NCBI GenBank assembly: GCA_964019335.1
Contig: OZ025719.1
Span: 310,001-374,000, forward strand
Direction of reading: 5' to 3'
Source: Diplonema japonicum
Lineage: Eukaryota > Protista > Euglenozoa: Diplonemea
Length of the DNA stretch: 64,000 bases
Part shown: positions 12,104 to 23,452 of the stretch, piece after piece
How positions within the stretch are numbered: position 1 is the stretch's first letter
Layout of the letters: every line of letters starts with the position of its first letter
Translations under genes and position numbers: made by a program
The notes under the pieces: generated by a model
Databases searched by the model: none
Told to the model about the DNA's origin: nothing
Seen by the model: the letters and a program-made list of their open reading frames with translations, nothing else

Positions 12104-12618
12104 ATGGCAAACTTAACTAGCGACGCGTTGCGTGATTTAATCCGTGAGAAGGTATTTAAAAAAAAGGGGGGGGGGAAAGAAACTGAGGGTGGAGGGGGGT
12201 AAAGAAAAAAAAATGGGGCAATATAACTAGACCTGTATTCCTTTATTCAGAGCTATACAACATACGGGTAAAGGCTGCCTCAAAGAAGAAAATAGCGGGG
12301 AGAAAAAAACAAAAATGAAACCATTTCATATTTCAAAAAAAAAAAAAAAAAAAAACCCACAAATAACAGATAAAAGAAGAGCGGCAAGACAAAGTGCAGC
12401 AAGCAATGTTCAGCGACAAGGATTTCCAAGGGATAATCGACAAGGCGATCATGGAGAAGGCAGGGGACAAGGTCTCAGAGGCGCAGCTTGAAGAAGTGCG
12501 GCGGAAGGCCATTTTTTACTTATCTGAGAACACAAGGGACAGCCAGATGGCGAAAATAAAAAGGTGCAAACCAACCCAACGATCAGAGGAGACACCACAG
12601 ACGAAGGACGAAACATAA
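12104..12618 (+). CDS. Small hypothetical helical protein (exons 12104-12151, 12370-12618)
   Basis: MANLTSDALRDLIREK|IKEERQDKVQQAMF... joined in phase 0 by a GTAT...CAG intron of 218 nt. Confidence 0.5.
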
Positions 12619-12684
12619 AAAAAAAAGTTCTTTCCCCCCCAACATTTTTTTTCTAGAGAAAAAAGAAAAAAAAACAGGGAAAAA

Positions 12685-13719
12685 ATGCCCGATTCATGGC
12701 AAGGCATCAAGGACCTTTCGTACCAAGCAGGCGACATCCCAAACGGAAAATGGAGAGACAGGGTCAGATGCTTCGCTGAAGCAACCTGGGTAGCCAGGTG
12801 GGTGTTCGTCCTTTCTTGTTCCGCAGTCTCAATCGCGTGTATTGTCGAAATATCAAAGGCGCAGACAAGCGGGCATGAAACAATTCAAAAAACTGTGAAT
12901 GGCAAACCATGGAGGCTGCCGCCATACGGAGGCCCGAACAACGATTTTGCACAACTGAAATTTTACGGAGGCACCCCTGCTCTGAGCGTACCGTTTTGGA
13001 ACATCACCGTCAACCACTTTTCACAAGGGGCTGCCCTCTTCGCAGCCGCCATAACAGAGTGTGAGCAAGGCTCATTTTTCATAGCTGCAATATTTGCCCA
13101 CGATCGAAAAACAATACATGTAACAACAGGTGAGGTGGTCAATGTAGGCAAAGCGTCTTTATCCATACCCCTTCAGGACGAGGCAAATACACTGTGGTTT
13201 GAAGGTAAAACCCTTCGCCTGACGATGAAGGACAGAAATGGTTTGTTGTTGTCCGTTGATTTCGATGTTAAGCAGAGCATTGGCCTTGTTATGTCTCATT
13301 TGTACACAGACCCCAATGTGAATTTTTCATCGATGGTGTCAGAAAGTGTCTCTGTTGTGTTTAAAGATAATGGGGATTCTGTTCAAATAGGTTCAAGTAA
13401 CGTGTACTCCTTGCCTTACAGGGCAGCCGCTTATTATTTGGCTGAGAGCCGGTCTGTTCTCACCTTATTGTTTAAAACAGTGCCGCTTGTACTGGCGTCG
13501 GTAGAGGTCGTGCCGTCTGCTAGGTTTCTCGGGGTGAGGTCGTTTGGTGTGGTGTTGCCCTCTTCTGTGTGCGCTCCTTTGGGTGTTACGATGCCGGGTG
13601 GTTATTTGTTCCATGATCCTGACGGGCACTACCCAAGCCCCTTCCCGCAACCGTGGGGCCTTCGTGACCCGGTGGCGACGTACTCTCCCGGTATGCTGTG
13701 CGTGCGCGAGGTTGAATAA
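12685..13719 (+). CDS. Hypothetical protein with N-terminal transmembrane segment
   Basis: 344-aa ORF after an A-tract; hydrophobic stretch WVFVLSCSAVSIACIV. Confidence 0.7.
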   Translation: MPDSWQGIKDLSYQAGDIPNGKWRDRVRCFAEATWVARWVFVLSCSAVSIACIVEISKAQTSGHETIQKTVNGKPWRLPPYGGPNNDFAQLKFYGGTPALSVPFWNITVNHFSQGAALFAAAITECEQGSFFIAAIFAHDRKTIHVTTGEVVNVGKASLSIPLQDEANTLWFEGKTLRLTMKDRNGLLLSVDFDVKQSIGLVMSHLYTDPNVNFSSMVSESVSVVFKDNGDSVQIGSSNVYSLPYRAAAYYLAESRSVLTLLFKTVPLVLASVEVVPSARFLGVRSFGVVLPSSVCAPLGVTMPGGYLFHDPDGHYPSPFPQPWGLRDPVATYSPGMLCVREVE

Positions 13720-13749
13720 AAAGATAGATTTATAAAAGATTATTTCCCT

Positions 13750-13785
<36 letters not shown>

Positions 13786-14103
13786 TTTTTAAATTCTATT
13801 CTCCTCTCACCATTTACCCGAACGAGAAAAGAAAAAAAAAAAAGAAATGTATGCTTATTTTTATTTTTATTTTTTTATTCGCGAAAGTTCGACAAAAAAA
13901 AAAAAAAGTCCGAGACGACCTTTTTATTTTTCTTCTTTTTTATTTTTTCGGTCTTCGAGAAAGATTTGTGTGGTCGGAGAAAGAGAAAAAAAAAAGAAGT
14001 AGAAGGCTAGGGACAAAGAGCTTTTTTCTGAGTATATTTTTTACACCGCTGTGCGACCCACCAAACACCCAAAACCAAATCAAAAAGAAGGAAGAGGACA
14101 AAA

Positions 14104-17100
14104 ATGTCGTTAAAGGAAGAGGCGCTGCTGACGGGGCACACAGACCGGGTGTGGTGTGTGTCTTGGGGAAAGTACGGGGAGCTGGCGAGTGCGTCCGGTG
14201 ACGGGGACGTCCGTGTGTGGGGGGAGGTCGATGGGAAGTGGAAATGCAAACAAGTGCTGAAGGAGCACTCAAGAACGGTGCGCAGCGTTTCATGGGCACA
14301 CGAGGGGAACATGCTGGCTTGCTCTAGGTATGCATTTCACAATGAACCCAAATAAAAAAAAAAAATAAATAAATAAATAAAAAAAAAAAAAAAGCTTCGA
14401 TGCGTCTATCAGCATCTGGCAGCGTGAGTCGCCTGACGCAGACTTCGAAATAATATCATGTCTGGAGGTATGTGTTTTTTTTTTTTTTTTTTTTTTTCTC
14501 CATTTTGCTGCTTTTCTCAAGCGGCTCGTCCACATTTAAGAAGCGTCGTTGTTGGCTTCTCCTGCCTCCCAGTCTTCCCATTAAAAAAAAAAAGATTTCT
14601 TTTTCCAAAAACAAAAAAAAAAGTCAAAACAAAAAAATAGTTTGCAACCCCCCCCCCCCCCCCCGTGTTTAAAAAAGAAACCCCCCCAAGGACACATAAT
14701 AAAAAAGAGAGGGAAAAAAAAAAAAAGAAAAAAAAAATGTCTGCTACGATCGAATCTACGGCTCCTGCGGTTGAGCCCACGAGTACCTCGAACGAACGGG
14801 ACTGGATGGACAAAATTAAGAGACCCCCTCCTGACAAGAGGAAGCAGACGGAGGACGTGACGAACACTAAAGGGATGGAGTTCACCGACTACTTCTTGAA
14901 CCGGGAGCTGCTGATGGGCGTGTACGAAAAGGGTTTTGAAAGACCGTCCCCGATCCAAGAAGAGTGCATCCCCGTTGCACTGACCGGAGCTGACATCCTC
15001 GCAAGAGCGAAGAACGGAACTGGAAAAACCGGAGCATTCTTAATCCCAGCTTTACAAAAGCTAGACACCAAGGAGAGCAGGACACAAGTAGTGGTTCTAA
15101 CCCCAACAAGAGAACTAGCACTTCAAACCGCACAGGTTGCCAAGGAGCTCGGAAAGCATCTGGAGAACGTGCAAATCATGGTTACCACAGGCGGAACATC
15201 ACTTCACGATGATATCCTTCGCCTGTACAATCCTGTTCATCTTCTGGTGGCCACCCCTGGAAGATTGGTAGATTTGGTGACTAAGAACGTAGCCAACCTA
15301 GACAAGTGCGAGCTTATTATCTTGGACGAAGCTGACAAACTTCTCTCACCCGAGTTTGCTCCCCTTGTCGATCAAACTCTAACGTTTCTTCCCAAGGCCA
15401 GGCAGGTTCTGTTGTTCAGTGCTACGTTCCCTGTTGGCGTACAGCGATTTGTTGAGAAGCACATGGAGTCACCGCATCAGGTGAACCTAATGGAGGAACT
15501 GACTTTGAAGGGGATTAGTCAGTTTTACGCTTTTGTCGATGGAAAGCAGAAGCTGCACTGTTTGAACTCGTTGTTCTCCAGGCTGCAAATCAACCAGTCT
15601 ATTATTTTCTGTAACAGCGTTAACAGGGTGGAGCTTCTCGCCAAGAAGATTACGGAACTTGGTTACTCCTGTTTTTACATCCACGCGAAAATGTTGCAGG
15701 CGCACCGCAACCGGGTTTTCCACGATTTTAGGCAGGGCGTGTGCAGGACGCTTGTTTGTTCCGATTTGTTTACCCGGGGTATTGATATACCTTCTGTCAA
15801 CGTGGTTATAAACTTCGACTTCCCACGTAACTCTGAGACATACCTTCACAGAATTGGAAGATCTGGTCGCTTCGGGCATTTGGGGCTTGCGATTAATTTC
15901 ATCACGTACGACGACAGGTTCAACCTTTACAAAATCGAGCAGGAATTGGAGACCGAGATCAAACCCATCCCCTCTGAAATCGATAAGGCGCTTTACTGTG
16001 AATAGACAGGAATTAACAAAAAAAAAAAAAAAAAAAAAAAAAAAGAAATTACACCGTAATATAAGAGTGAGAAAAAAAAAAAAGTGGGGGGAAAAAAGTG
16101 TTTTTTTTTGAAATAAAAAGAAGTAAACGGTTAGAATAGGATGGGGGGGGGGGGGGGGGGTGCCGTTATTCATAATATTATTTATGTTCTACTTTTTGCT
16201 CGATAGTTTTTTTTTTTGTTGTTACCCTTATTTTGGAATGACATAAAAAAAAATATTTTGAGGGCAATATTGAGTTAAATACCAGGATTAAAAATTCCAG
16301 ATTGGTGTTGTGCACAATGTGGTGCTATGAATACGGTAAAAGAGAAAGAAAAAAGAAAAAGAAAATAAAGAAGAAGAAAAAAAAAAAGTGTGTGTTTTTT
16401 TTTTTTTAAATCCCCCTTTTGCCCCCTCCCTTTGAACTAGCCCAACCCGAAGCCACCCCATTCTATTTTTTTTTCTCCCTTTTTTTTTATTTTTCTGTGG
16501 TGAGAGGTATATTTTTTTTAACCTTTTCATTATAGATTTTTTCCCCCCTCCCAAAAAAAAAGTTTTTTAACCTCCTCCCTGTTGTTGGTTTTTTTTTCTC
16601 ATTTTTTTTTTTAAAAAACCTTGAGCATTCCCCCCCCCCGTCCCTCCCCTCTTTTTTTTTTTCTGACTGAAATCTTTTTTAAGGCCATGGGAGTTAACGA
16701 AAAAAAAAGAAGAAAAAAAAAAAAACGACACAATGACGCCATTAAAACATTATTTCTTTAAATTTATTTCTGAGGACCTTTTTTTGGAAGAAACGGAATT
16801 CAAAAGGAAAGCTGTGCCGACTGAAGCCTATATTACTAGTACGTGCTCCTTAGAAGAACGCCTGGCTGTTGCCACTTCCCCATCTCCTCTCCCCGACCCA
16901 GGTTTATAAATGATATTCTTTTTTATTCCCACCCCCTTGATCCCCCCCCCCCCCATGCTCCTGCCTTATTTTTTATGCCATTTTCTTTCCCCCCTTGTCC
17001 CGTCTTTTAAAAAAAAAAAGGAAAACAAATTTATAATTTAAAAAACGATGCTCCGGGTACTTTCTCTCTTTTTTTTTTCTCCCCCGTTTTTTTTTTCTTA

Positions 17101-17923
17101 TTTTTATTCGTACACGCTATTCAACCCCCCCCCCCCCCCCCCCCCACATCACGCAAACTTTTGGGAAATTTCTTTTTTGGGACCAAAAATATTCTTTTTA
17201 TTTTTTTTGGGGGGGGAGGGGGCCAAGAAGAGGGGGAAAAAAAAAAGGAAAAAAAAACCACAGGGCCACGAAAACGAGGTAAAGGCAGTATCTTGGAATA
17301 TCGAAGATAAGCTATTGGCAACCTGCAGCAGAGACAAAACAGTCTGGATATGGGAAAGAGGTGAGGAGGGTTTCGACGAGGCAGAGTGTGTGGGAGTGCT
17401 GACAGGACACTCCCAAGATGTAAAATTCGTCAGGTGGATGCCCAACGAGGACAAGGTAGTGTCCTGCAGCTACGACGACACAGTGAAAATCTGGGAAAAC
17501 GTCGGCGATGACGACTGGGAGTGCACACAGACGCTGCATGGCCACAACTCCACAGTGTGGATGGCGGACTTCTCTCCTGACGGGCAGCGCATGGTGACTT
17601 GCAGTGACGATTCTAGCCTCATCATCTGGGTAAAATCCCCCGAAGGACAGTTCCTCAAAGAAGCAACTCTCGCCTCTGAGCACACCCGGACCATATATGC
17701 GGTGGCATGGTCGGAACACGGTATTCTGACCGCTTCAGGCGACGATGCCATTCGTCTCTTCACACCCACCCCTACCCCTGGGGGCCCTCCTTCCTACCCC
17801 CTTGCCCACCGCGTGCCTCACGCTCACCTGGCCGATGTGAACTGTGTCAAGTGGGGACCCCACCAACAAGCTGCGTCTTGTTCCGACGATGGGTGTATTA
17901 AGATTTGGAAGCTCGCTGAGTGA
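14104..17923 (+). CDS. CIA1: Cytosolic Fe-S assembly WD40 protein CIA1/CIAO1 (exons 14104-14327, 14395-14467, 17264-17923; 318 aa)
   Basis: [22 protein letters not shown]|[10 protein letters not shown]|[63 protein letters not shown]. Both introns are GT-AG and phase-compatible. Confidence 0.9.
14737..16005 (+). CDS. DHH1: DEAD-box RNA helicase DHH1/DDX6, nested in CIA1 intron 2
   Basis: [77 protein letters not shown]; intronless, 422 aa. Confidence 0.97.
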   Translation: MSATIESTAPAVEPTSTSNERDWMDKIKRPPPDKRKQTEDVTNTKGMEFTDYFLNRELLMGVYEKGFERPSPIQEECIPVALTGADILARAKNGTGKTGAFLIPALQKLDTKESRTQVVVLTPTRELALQTAQVAKELGKHLENVQIMVTTGGTSLHDDILRLYNPVHLLVATPGRLVDLVTKNVANLDKCELIILDEADKLLSPEFAPLVDQTLTFLPKARQVLLFSATFPVGVQRFVEKHMESPHQVNLMEELTLKGISQFYAFVDGKQKLHCLNSLFSRLQINQSIIFCNSVNRVELLAKKITELGYSCFYIHAKMLQAHRNRVFHDFRQGVCRTLVCSDLFTRGIDIPSVNVVINFDFPRNSETYLHRIGRSGRFGHLGLAINFITYDDRFNLYKIEQELETEIKPIPSEIDKALYCE

Positions 17924-18060
17924 GAAAAAAGGGATCATCTAGTGTTTTTTTTTTTCTTCTTTTGTTCTTCCCCTCTTTTTTTTTCTTCTCTTCCCCCCCC
18001 CCCCCCCCCATTTCTTTTCTATTGATAAATATAAGTAAAAGGGAAAGGGAAAAGAAGGAC

Positions 18061-18315
18061 ATGGGGGTTGGTTTCGAAGCGACGCTGATGTCGCACGGGA
18101 GGAAGATCACCGATTTCGGCAAACACACCTACAACATCCCCCGGCTGCGCGTCAGCAAGGTCAGCATGAACGACGTACATGTGCCGCTGGTCAAGGCGCA
18201 CGGGATGGGCGGGGGCGGGCTGAAGAGCATAAAGCCAGGACGGCTTGACTTCGGGAGGGGCATCAACGTCGACGACCACCTGAACCGCGCATGGACCACT
18301 ATCAAGAACACATAG
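18061..18315 (+). CDS. Small hypothetical protein (84 aa)
   Basis: GC-rich coding-like island starting at ATG 18061 after a purine tract. Confidence 0.55.
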   Translation: MGVGFEATLMSHGRKITDFGKHTYNIPRLRVSKVSMNDVHVPLVKAHGMGGGGLKSIKPGRLDFGRGINVDDHLNRAWTTIKNT

Positions 18316-18444
18316 TATCCTTTACACGGACCATTACACGGAGCGTTCAGTAGAGTTTTTTTTTCTTCTCTTTCTTTCTATTAGTCTTCTTTTTTTTTTC
18401 TCTTCATTCTTATATGTTAGTTTGAACCCACAGATTACCGCAAA

Positions 18445-20505
18445 ATGATTTCGCAAGTGCTCCTGCTGTCCCTTGCGGGACTTGAGGTGCCAGACCATCT
18501 TGGGGACGACATAGGCTTCCCCCCGCTGGGACAGGAGATAGCATCTCCTGAGTTCATAAACTACACAGATGCGATGGGCAGGTGTGTGTGGCAGCAGCCT
18601 GCTGTGTATGCCTCTGTGTCCACCATGAACTGGTTCACCTACAAGATGAACAGGAACTCAACGACGGGGGCTCACGTGCTCTCCCCGATGCCCATGGTGC
18701 TCCCAGTAGCCACATCGGGGATGTACGCAGCCTGCGACGTGATGGGGGGCTCCTTCTGCTACGGGACGGGGGGCATCTTCGCGGCGGCAGCGCAAATACA
18801 GAACACTGTGTGCGTGCTCCCGACCTGCACAGAGGAAGACCTGAACCTGCTTCTGGAGAAGGTTCTGCGCCCCCTTGTTGCTCAAGGTGTGCTCCCCGAC
18901 CCCACCGGTGCGGCCGCTTCGCTCACGGGATTCTCCTGCCACAACGAGGACCCGATGTTCAAGGACGACAGCAATGCAATTGGTGTTGTGGCCTTCCTGT
19001 CTGCCTTAGGCTTCGTCTCTATCCTGTGTTCCCTTGTGTGTAGGCTGTATGAAGCAAGGGACCCCCTCTTCTATCGCAAGGACGATCATGACGATGAGCT
19101 GGGTACAAACGAGGCGACCAAACTCATGCCATCCCCTGTGAACAGGCAGAGCGACGTCCCCGCAGTCCCGGCAGAGATGCCCTACCTGATAAAGCTGTGC
19201 TACTGTTGGGACTTGCACGCGGGGCTTTCTGAATTGATGTCCATAACGAAGAGGCCGACAAACTTCTTCAACATGATGAAGGTAGCCTCCAGCGTGTGGA
19301 TCATCTACTTCCACGCACCTGGCCTGCCCTACGAGAACGGGATCGACAACTTGGAAGACGTGGTTGAGTACTACAAGGAATTCAGGTCGCTGCCCAGCCT
19401 TGCTGGCCTGTACGCGGTGGACACCTTCTTCTTCATGAGCGCGTTCCTTCTTGCGATGATCGGGACACGGTCCTGGCCGCATAAGGCGGCAGCACCCGTG
19501 CAAGCAAAGCGTGTTGGGATGTCGTACGTCGACAGGTACGTGCGCATTGTGCCCGCCTACGGGGTGTGCCTCCTTGCTGCTTACAACGTCTTCATGTACA
19601 TCTCGAGCGGACCTTTTACGAGGCTGGCTGTGCATGGGGGCAGCATGGCGACTGAGTGCGGTGACAAGTGGTGGCGAAACTTGCTTTTCATCAGCAACTT
19701 CGATGAAAATGGGGGCTGCTTCGGGCACTGCTGGTACCTTGCTTGCGATTTCCAGCTGCTGATTCTTGGTGTCCTCCTTGTCCTAGGGTACGTGCACTGG
19801 TCGCGTCCGACGGTCGTCTTCACTTCATTCCTTGTGCTTGTTTCCCTCGTCGTGTGCTTCTTCAGAACGCGTGGCACCAGCAGCCCTTTTGTCGGTGGGT
19901 TCAACGAGAACTACATGGTGCCGTGGATCAGGGCCCCGCCCTACCTGTACGGGCTGCTGGCTGCCTTCGCGTACAGCTCAAAAGATGTGAACGAGAGGGT
20001 CAAGGCGGTCGTTGAACGTACTGCAATGAGGTACTGTGGGTACTGCGTAAGTGCTGCGATCATGATCGGCTGCTGCTTCATCCCGTGGAGTGCTCAGAGG
20101 GACGTATTCAGAGGCGAGATGTGGAGCAAGGACCAGATCGGGTGGTCGCAGGTAGCCTACCATATGCTGTGGGGGGTCGGGTTGGCAATCTTGACGCTGA
20201 CCTTCGTGAACGGGCACGGGGGGTGGGTGAAGGACATGATGGCGCACCCTGTGTGGGAACCCCTCTCGAAGCTCACCTTTTCCGTGTACCTTATCCACCC
20301 CATGATTCTGGGTATCGTGAAACTCAGTTACGGCCCGAACCTCGTGCACTTCAGCAGCTGGTGGCTCGCCCTCATTACGGGAAACGTGACTGTAGGCTCA
20401 TTTGTAGCCGCGGCACTATTGTTCCTGTTTGTGGAGAGGCCTGTCGCCTCCACCTGGTCCCTTGTCAGCGGTAGGGCCCAGCGAAGGGCAGCCGTCCGAA
20501 AGTGA
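18445..20505 (+). CDS. Acyltransferase-3 family membrane protein (NRF-6-like), copy 1
   Basis: Cys-rich N-domain, AVDTFFFMSAFL, RYVRIVP.Y, C...WWRNLLFISN, WYLACDFQL, W.PLSKLTFSVYLIHP, VERP. Confidence 0.9.
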   Translation: MISQVLLLSLAGLEVPDHLGDDIGFPPLGQEIASPEFINYTDAMGRCVWQQPAVYASVSTMNWFTYKMNRNSTTGAHVLSPMPMVLPVATSGMYAACDVMGGSFCYGTGGIFAAAAQIQNTVCVLPTCTEEDLNLLLEKVLRPLVAQGVLPDPTGAAASLTGFSCHNEDPMFKDDSNAIGVVAFLSALGFVSILCSLVCRLYEARDPLFYRKDDHDDELGTNEATKLMPSPVNRQSDVPAVPAEMPYLIKLCYCWDLHAGLSELMSITKRPTNFFNMMKVASSVWIIYFHAPGLPYENGIDNLEDVVEYYKEFRSLPSLAGLYAVDTFFFMSAFLLAMIGTRSWPHKAAAPVQAKRVGMSYVDRYVRIVPAYGVCLLAAYNVFMYISSGPFTRLAVHGGSMATECGDKWWRNLLFISNFDENGGCFGHCWYLACDFQLLILGVLLVLGYVHWSRPTVVFTSFLVLVSLVVCFFRTRGTSSPFVGGFNENYMVPWIRAPPYLYGLLAAFAYSSKDVNERVKAVVERTAMRYCGYCVSAAIMIGCCFIPWSAQRDVFRGEMWSKDQIGWSQVAYHMLWGVGLAILTLTFVNGHGGWVKDMMAHPVWEPLSKLTFSVYLIHPMILGIVKLSYGPNLVHFSSWWLALITGNVTVGSFVAAALLFLFVERPVASTWSLVSGRAQRRAAVRK

Positions 20506-20783
20506 AATTTTTAAAAAAAAAAAGAAAATGAAAGGTGTCGCACCTTTTATTAAATGTATCCGAAAAAAAAGAAAAGAAAAAAAAGAAACCTCTCATTCTC
20601 TACTCCCTCTCTTGCTTAACTCAATTTTTTTCTAGCTCCTTTTTGAAGCTCTCTCTCGCCACACGTTCGATATCTTGTGGTTTTTGTTATGTTTACAACC
20701 GTCAATATTTAAAGGTTTAGTCACAGCCTGACGTATCCTTTTAATGTTTGCGCTAGCTCTTTTTTTTTTTCTTTTTGGAGGGA

Positions 20784-20842
20784 GGACCAATGTTTCCAAC
20801 CTCCCTGGTGTGGTTTGGAGGGACACACAAGCGAATGGGAAA
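20784..20842 (+). ncRNA. Degenerate HDV-like ribozyme remnant
   Basis: P1 GGACCA(A)/(G)TGGTTT, P2 TTTCCA/TGGGAA, P3 ACC/GGT, GG for P1.1 and J4/2 GCGAA. L3 is only 5 nt (TCCCT) and there is no clear P4. Confidence 0.4.
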
Positions 20843-21382
20843 GTCTCGTTCTGAAGCCATGCACGTGTCACAAAAGCTTTTGCCGACTTTTCACATGACA
20901 GCAACATCGTCTACTCTTTTATCTTCTTTTTTACTTTGGTTTCTTGAAAACTATTACCTTTTTTCCTCCCACAAGTTTAGAAAGGCAAAATATCTACTGT
21001 AAGGGCTCTTTACTGATAAAAACACAGATATTGTGCCGTAAAAGAAATAAATAAATAATAATAAAAACCTCAATGCCAACTATGTCGTAAAATGGTCCTT
21101 ATAAACTCTGATGTGGATCGCTTGGTCGGTGTGCTCGCGTCTCCTTTTTCTTCTTCTTTTTTCGTTCCTTGTTTTTTTTTTTTTCTCTTTTTTTTTTTCT
21201 TTGCAGCGACGCCACACATTTACATATTTGGACCCTTCTATTTTTTTTTCTTCTCTTCTTCTTCCCACGACAGGCGGGTAGGTAGCACATTTCTTTCTTT
21301 GCAAAAAGCCCTTTTTTTTTTTTTTTTTTTTTTTCAATATGCAAATGTTCGCCCTTCTTTTCCTACTCTCCAACAGGTTTTA

Positions 21383-23452
21383 ATGTTGATTCTTCACGCG
21401 CTTCTGCTGACATTTGCTACCCACGACGATGTGGCGGAACTGCTGAACAGCGTAGACGTCGGGTTCCCACCTCTTGCACAAGAAATCTCGTCTCCTGAGT
21501 TCGTGAACTACACAGACGCGCTGAACAGGTGCGTGTGGAAGCAACCAGCCGGTTATGCAGCAGTTTCCACGATACACTGGTTTAGCTACAAGCTGAGCAC
21601 AAACAACGTGGGAGGACCCTTTTTAGACCCTATGCCAATAATGCCATATGTCCCGTCTGCTGGGTTGTACACCGCATGCAACATCATGAGCGGGTCATTC
21701 TGCTATGGGGTGAACCGCGTCGCAGTGGTGGGAAGTGTATGCGTGTGGCCCTCGTGCACGGAGGCGGACCTGAACATGCTTTTGGAAAACGTGTTCCGCC
21801 CTCTTTACGCGAAGAAGACCATCCTCGACCCCACAAACCTGGCCGCCACGATAAAGGATTTCAAATGCCACCTCGAGGACCCAAAATTCGAAGACGATAA
21901 AAACGCTCACGGGGTGGTGGCCTTGCTTGTTCTCATTGGGCTCACGTCTTTCCTGTGCATGGCTGTATGCAGAGTGTACGAGGCAAGGGACATGATCGCC
22001 AAGATATTCAAGCGGGGGGGTGACAGCAGTGGCAGCGACACCACCAGTGACTCTGAGAACGCAGTGTACATGACCCCCATCGATGCTGACACCAGGCAGC
22101 CCATTGTAAGCGAGCCGAAAGTAAAGCAGCCACCGTACATTATAAGACTGTGTTACTGTTGGGACCTTTTTAGTTCCATCTCCGAGATGATGGCCGTCTC
22201 CGACAGGCCCACAAACTTCTTGAACATGTGGCGTGTTGTGTCAAACGTGTGGATCATCTACCTCCACGCAGGCCCCATGCCCGATGAGATAGGGATGGAG
22301 AACTACCAAGACTTCTACGCCTACGAGAAGTCCTTCGCGAACTATTTCAATGCCTCGGGGCAGTACGCGGTGGACACCTTCTTCTTCATGAGCGCGTTCC
22401 TTCTTGCGATGATCGGGACACGGTCCTGGCCGCGAGAGGCACGTGCAGGCGTGCAAGCAAAGCGTGTTGGGATGTCGTACGTCGACAGGTACGTGCGCAT
22501 TGTGCCCACCTACGGGGTGTGCCTCCTTGCTGCCTACTACCTCTACATGTACATCTTGAGCGGACCTTTCTTGAGACTGGGCATGCATGGAGGTGTTTAT
22601 GGTCAGAGCTGCGGCGACAAGTGGTGGAAGAACTTGCTGTTTGTCAACAACTTTGGGATAACCGGTGGCCTTTGCTTAGCGCACACTTGGTACCTTGCTT
22701 GCGACTTCCAGCTTATGATAGTGGGGGTCCTCCTTGTCCTAGGGTACGTGCACTGGTCGCGTCTGACAGTCATCCTCATTGCCGTCCTTGTGGTTGTCTC
22801 TCTTATCGTGTGCTTCTTCACGACGAAGGACAGCGGGGACCAGTACGGCGGTGGCTTGGACGCGTACGTGAAACCGTGGAACAGGGCCCCGCCTTATCTG
22901 TACGGGCTGCTGACGGGCTTTGCTTACACATCGAAGGTTAACGAGAAGGTCAAGAGCTTCATGAACAACCATGCGTGGAGGTGGCTGGGGTACTTTGTGA
23001 GCGCAGGCATCATGATCGTGTGCTGCTACATCCAGTTCCGAGCGGTGGTGGACCTCTATAAAGGAGATATTTGGAGCCCGCGAAGGATTGGGTGGTCACA
23101 GGTAGCCTACCACCTACTGTGGGGCTTCCCATTGGTGTTCTTGACGTTGTCGTTCGTGAACGGGCACGGGGGGTGGGTGAAGGACATGATGGCGCACCCT
23201 GTGTGGGAACCCCTCTCGAAGCTCACCTTTTCAGCTTACCTTGTCCACGGCATGATGCTTGGCCTTCTGAAGCTTACCTATAGCCCGAACTTGATCCATT
23301 TCAGCAACTGGTGGCTAACGTTTTGTACTGGGATGGTTACCGTATCCTCTTATGCAACTGCTGCTGTGTTTTTTGTTTTTGTTGAGAGGCCTGTTGCTGC
23401 AACATGGTCGCTGGTGAGCGGCAGGAGCCTGAGACGTGTTGGTAGTAAGTAG
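21383..23452 (+). CDS. Acyltransferase-3 family membrane protein (NRF-6-like), copy 2
   Basis: Same motifs as copy 1. ATG 21383 (MLILHALLL) follows a pyrimidine tract and CAG; the upstream ORF extension is homopolymer-derived. Confidence 0.9.
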   Translation: MLILHALLLTFATHDDVAELLNSVDVGFPPLAQEISSPEFVNYTDALNRCVWKQPAGYAAVSTIHWFSYKLSTNNVGGPFLDPMPIMPYVPSAGLYTACNIMSGSFCYGVNRVAVVGSVCVWPSCTEADLNMLLENVFRPLYAKKTILDPTNLAATIKDFKCHLEDPKFEDDKNAHGVVALLVLIGLTSFLCMAVCRVYEARDMIAKIFKRGGDSSGSDTTSDSENAVYMTPIDADTRQPIVSEPKVKQPPYIIRLCYCWDLFSSISEMMAVSDRPTNFLNMWRVVSNVWIIYLHAGPMPDEIGMENYQDFYAYEKSFANYFNASGQYAVDTFFFMSAFLLAMIGTRSWPREARAGVQAKRVGMSYVDRYVRIVPTYGVCLLAAYYLYMYILSGPFLRLGMHGGVYGQSCGDKWWKNLLFVNNFGITGGLCLAHTWYLACDFQLMIVGVLLVLGYVHWSRLTVILIAVLVVVSLIVCFFTTKDSGDQYGGGLDAYVKPWNRAPPYLYGLLTGFAYTSKVNEKVKSFMNNHAWRWLGYFVSAGIMIVCCYIQFRAVVDLYKGDIWSPRRIGWSQVAYHLLWGFPLVFLTLSFVNGHGGWVKDMMAHPVWEPLSKLTFSAYLVHGMMLGLLKLTYSPNLIHFSNWWLTFCTGMVTVSSYATAAVFFVFVERPVAATWSLVSGRSLRRVGSK

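Noticed and set aside
12231-12267. Extra micro-exon in the 12.1-kb gene
   Set aside because: A single phase-0 intron explains the gene more simply; cDNA would be needed.
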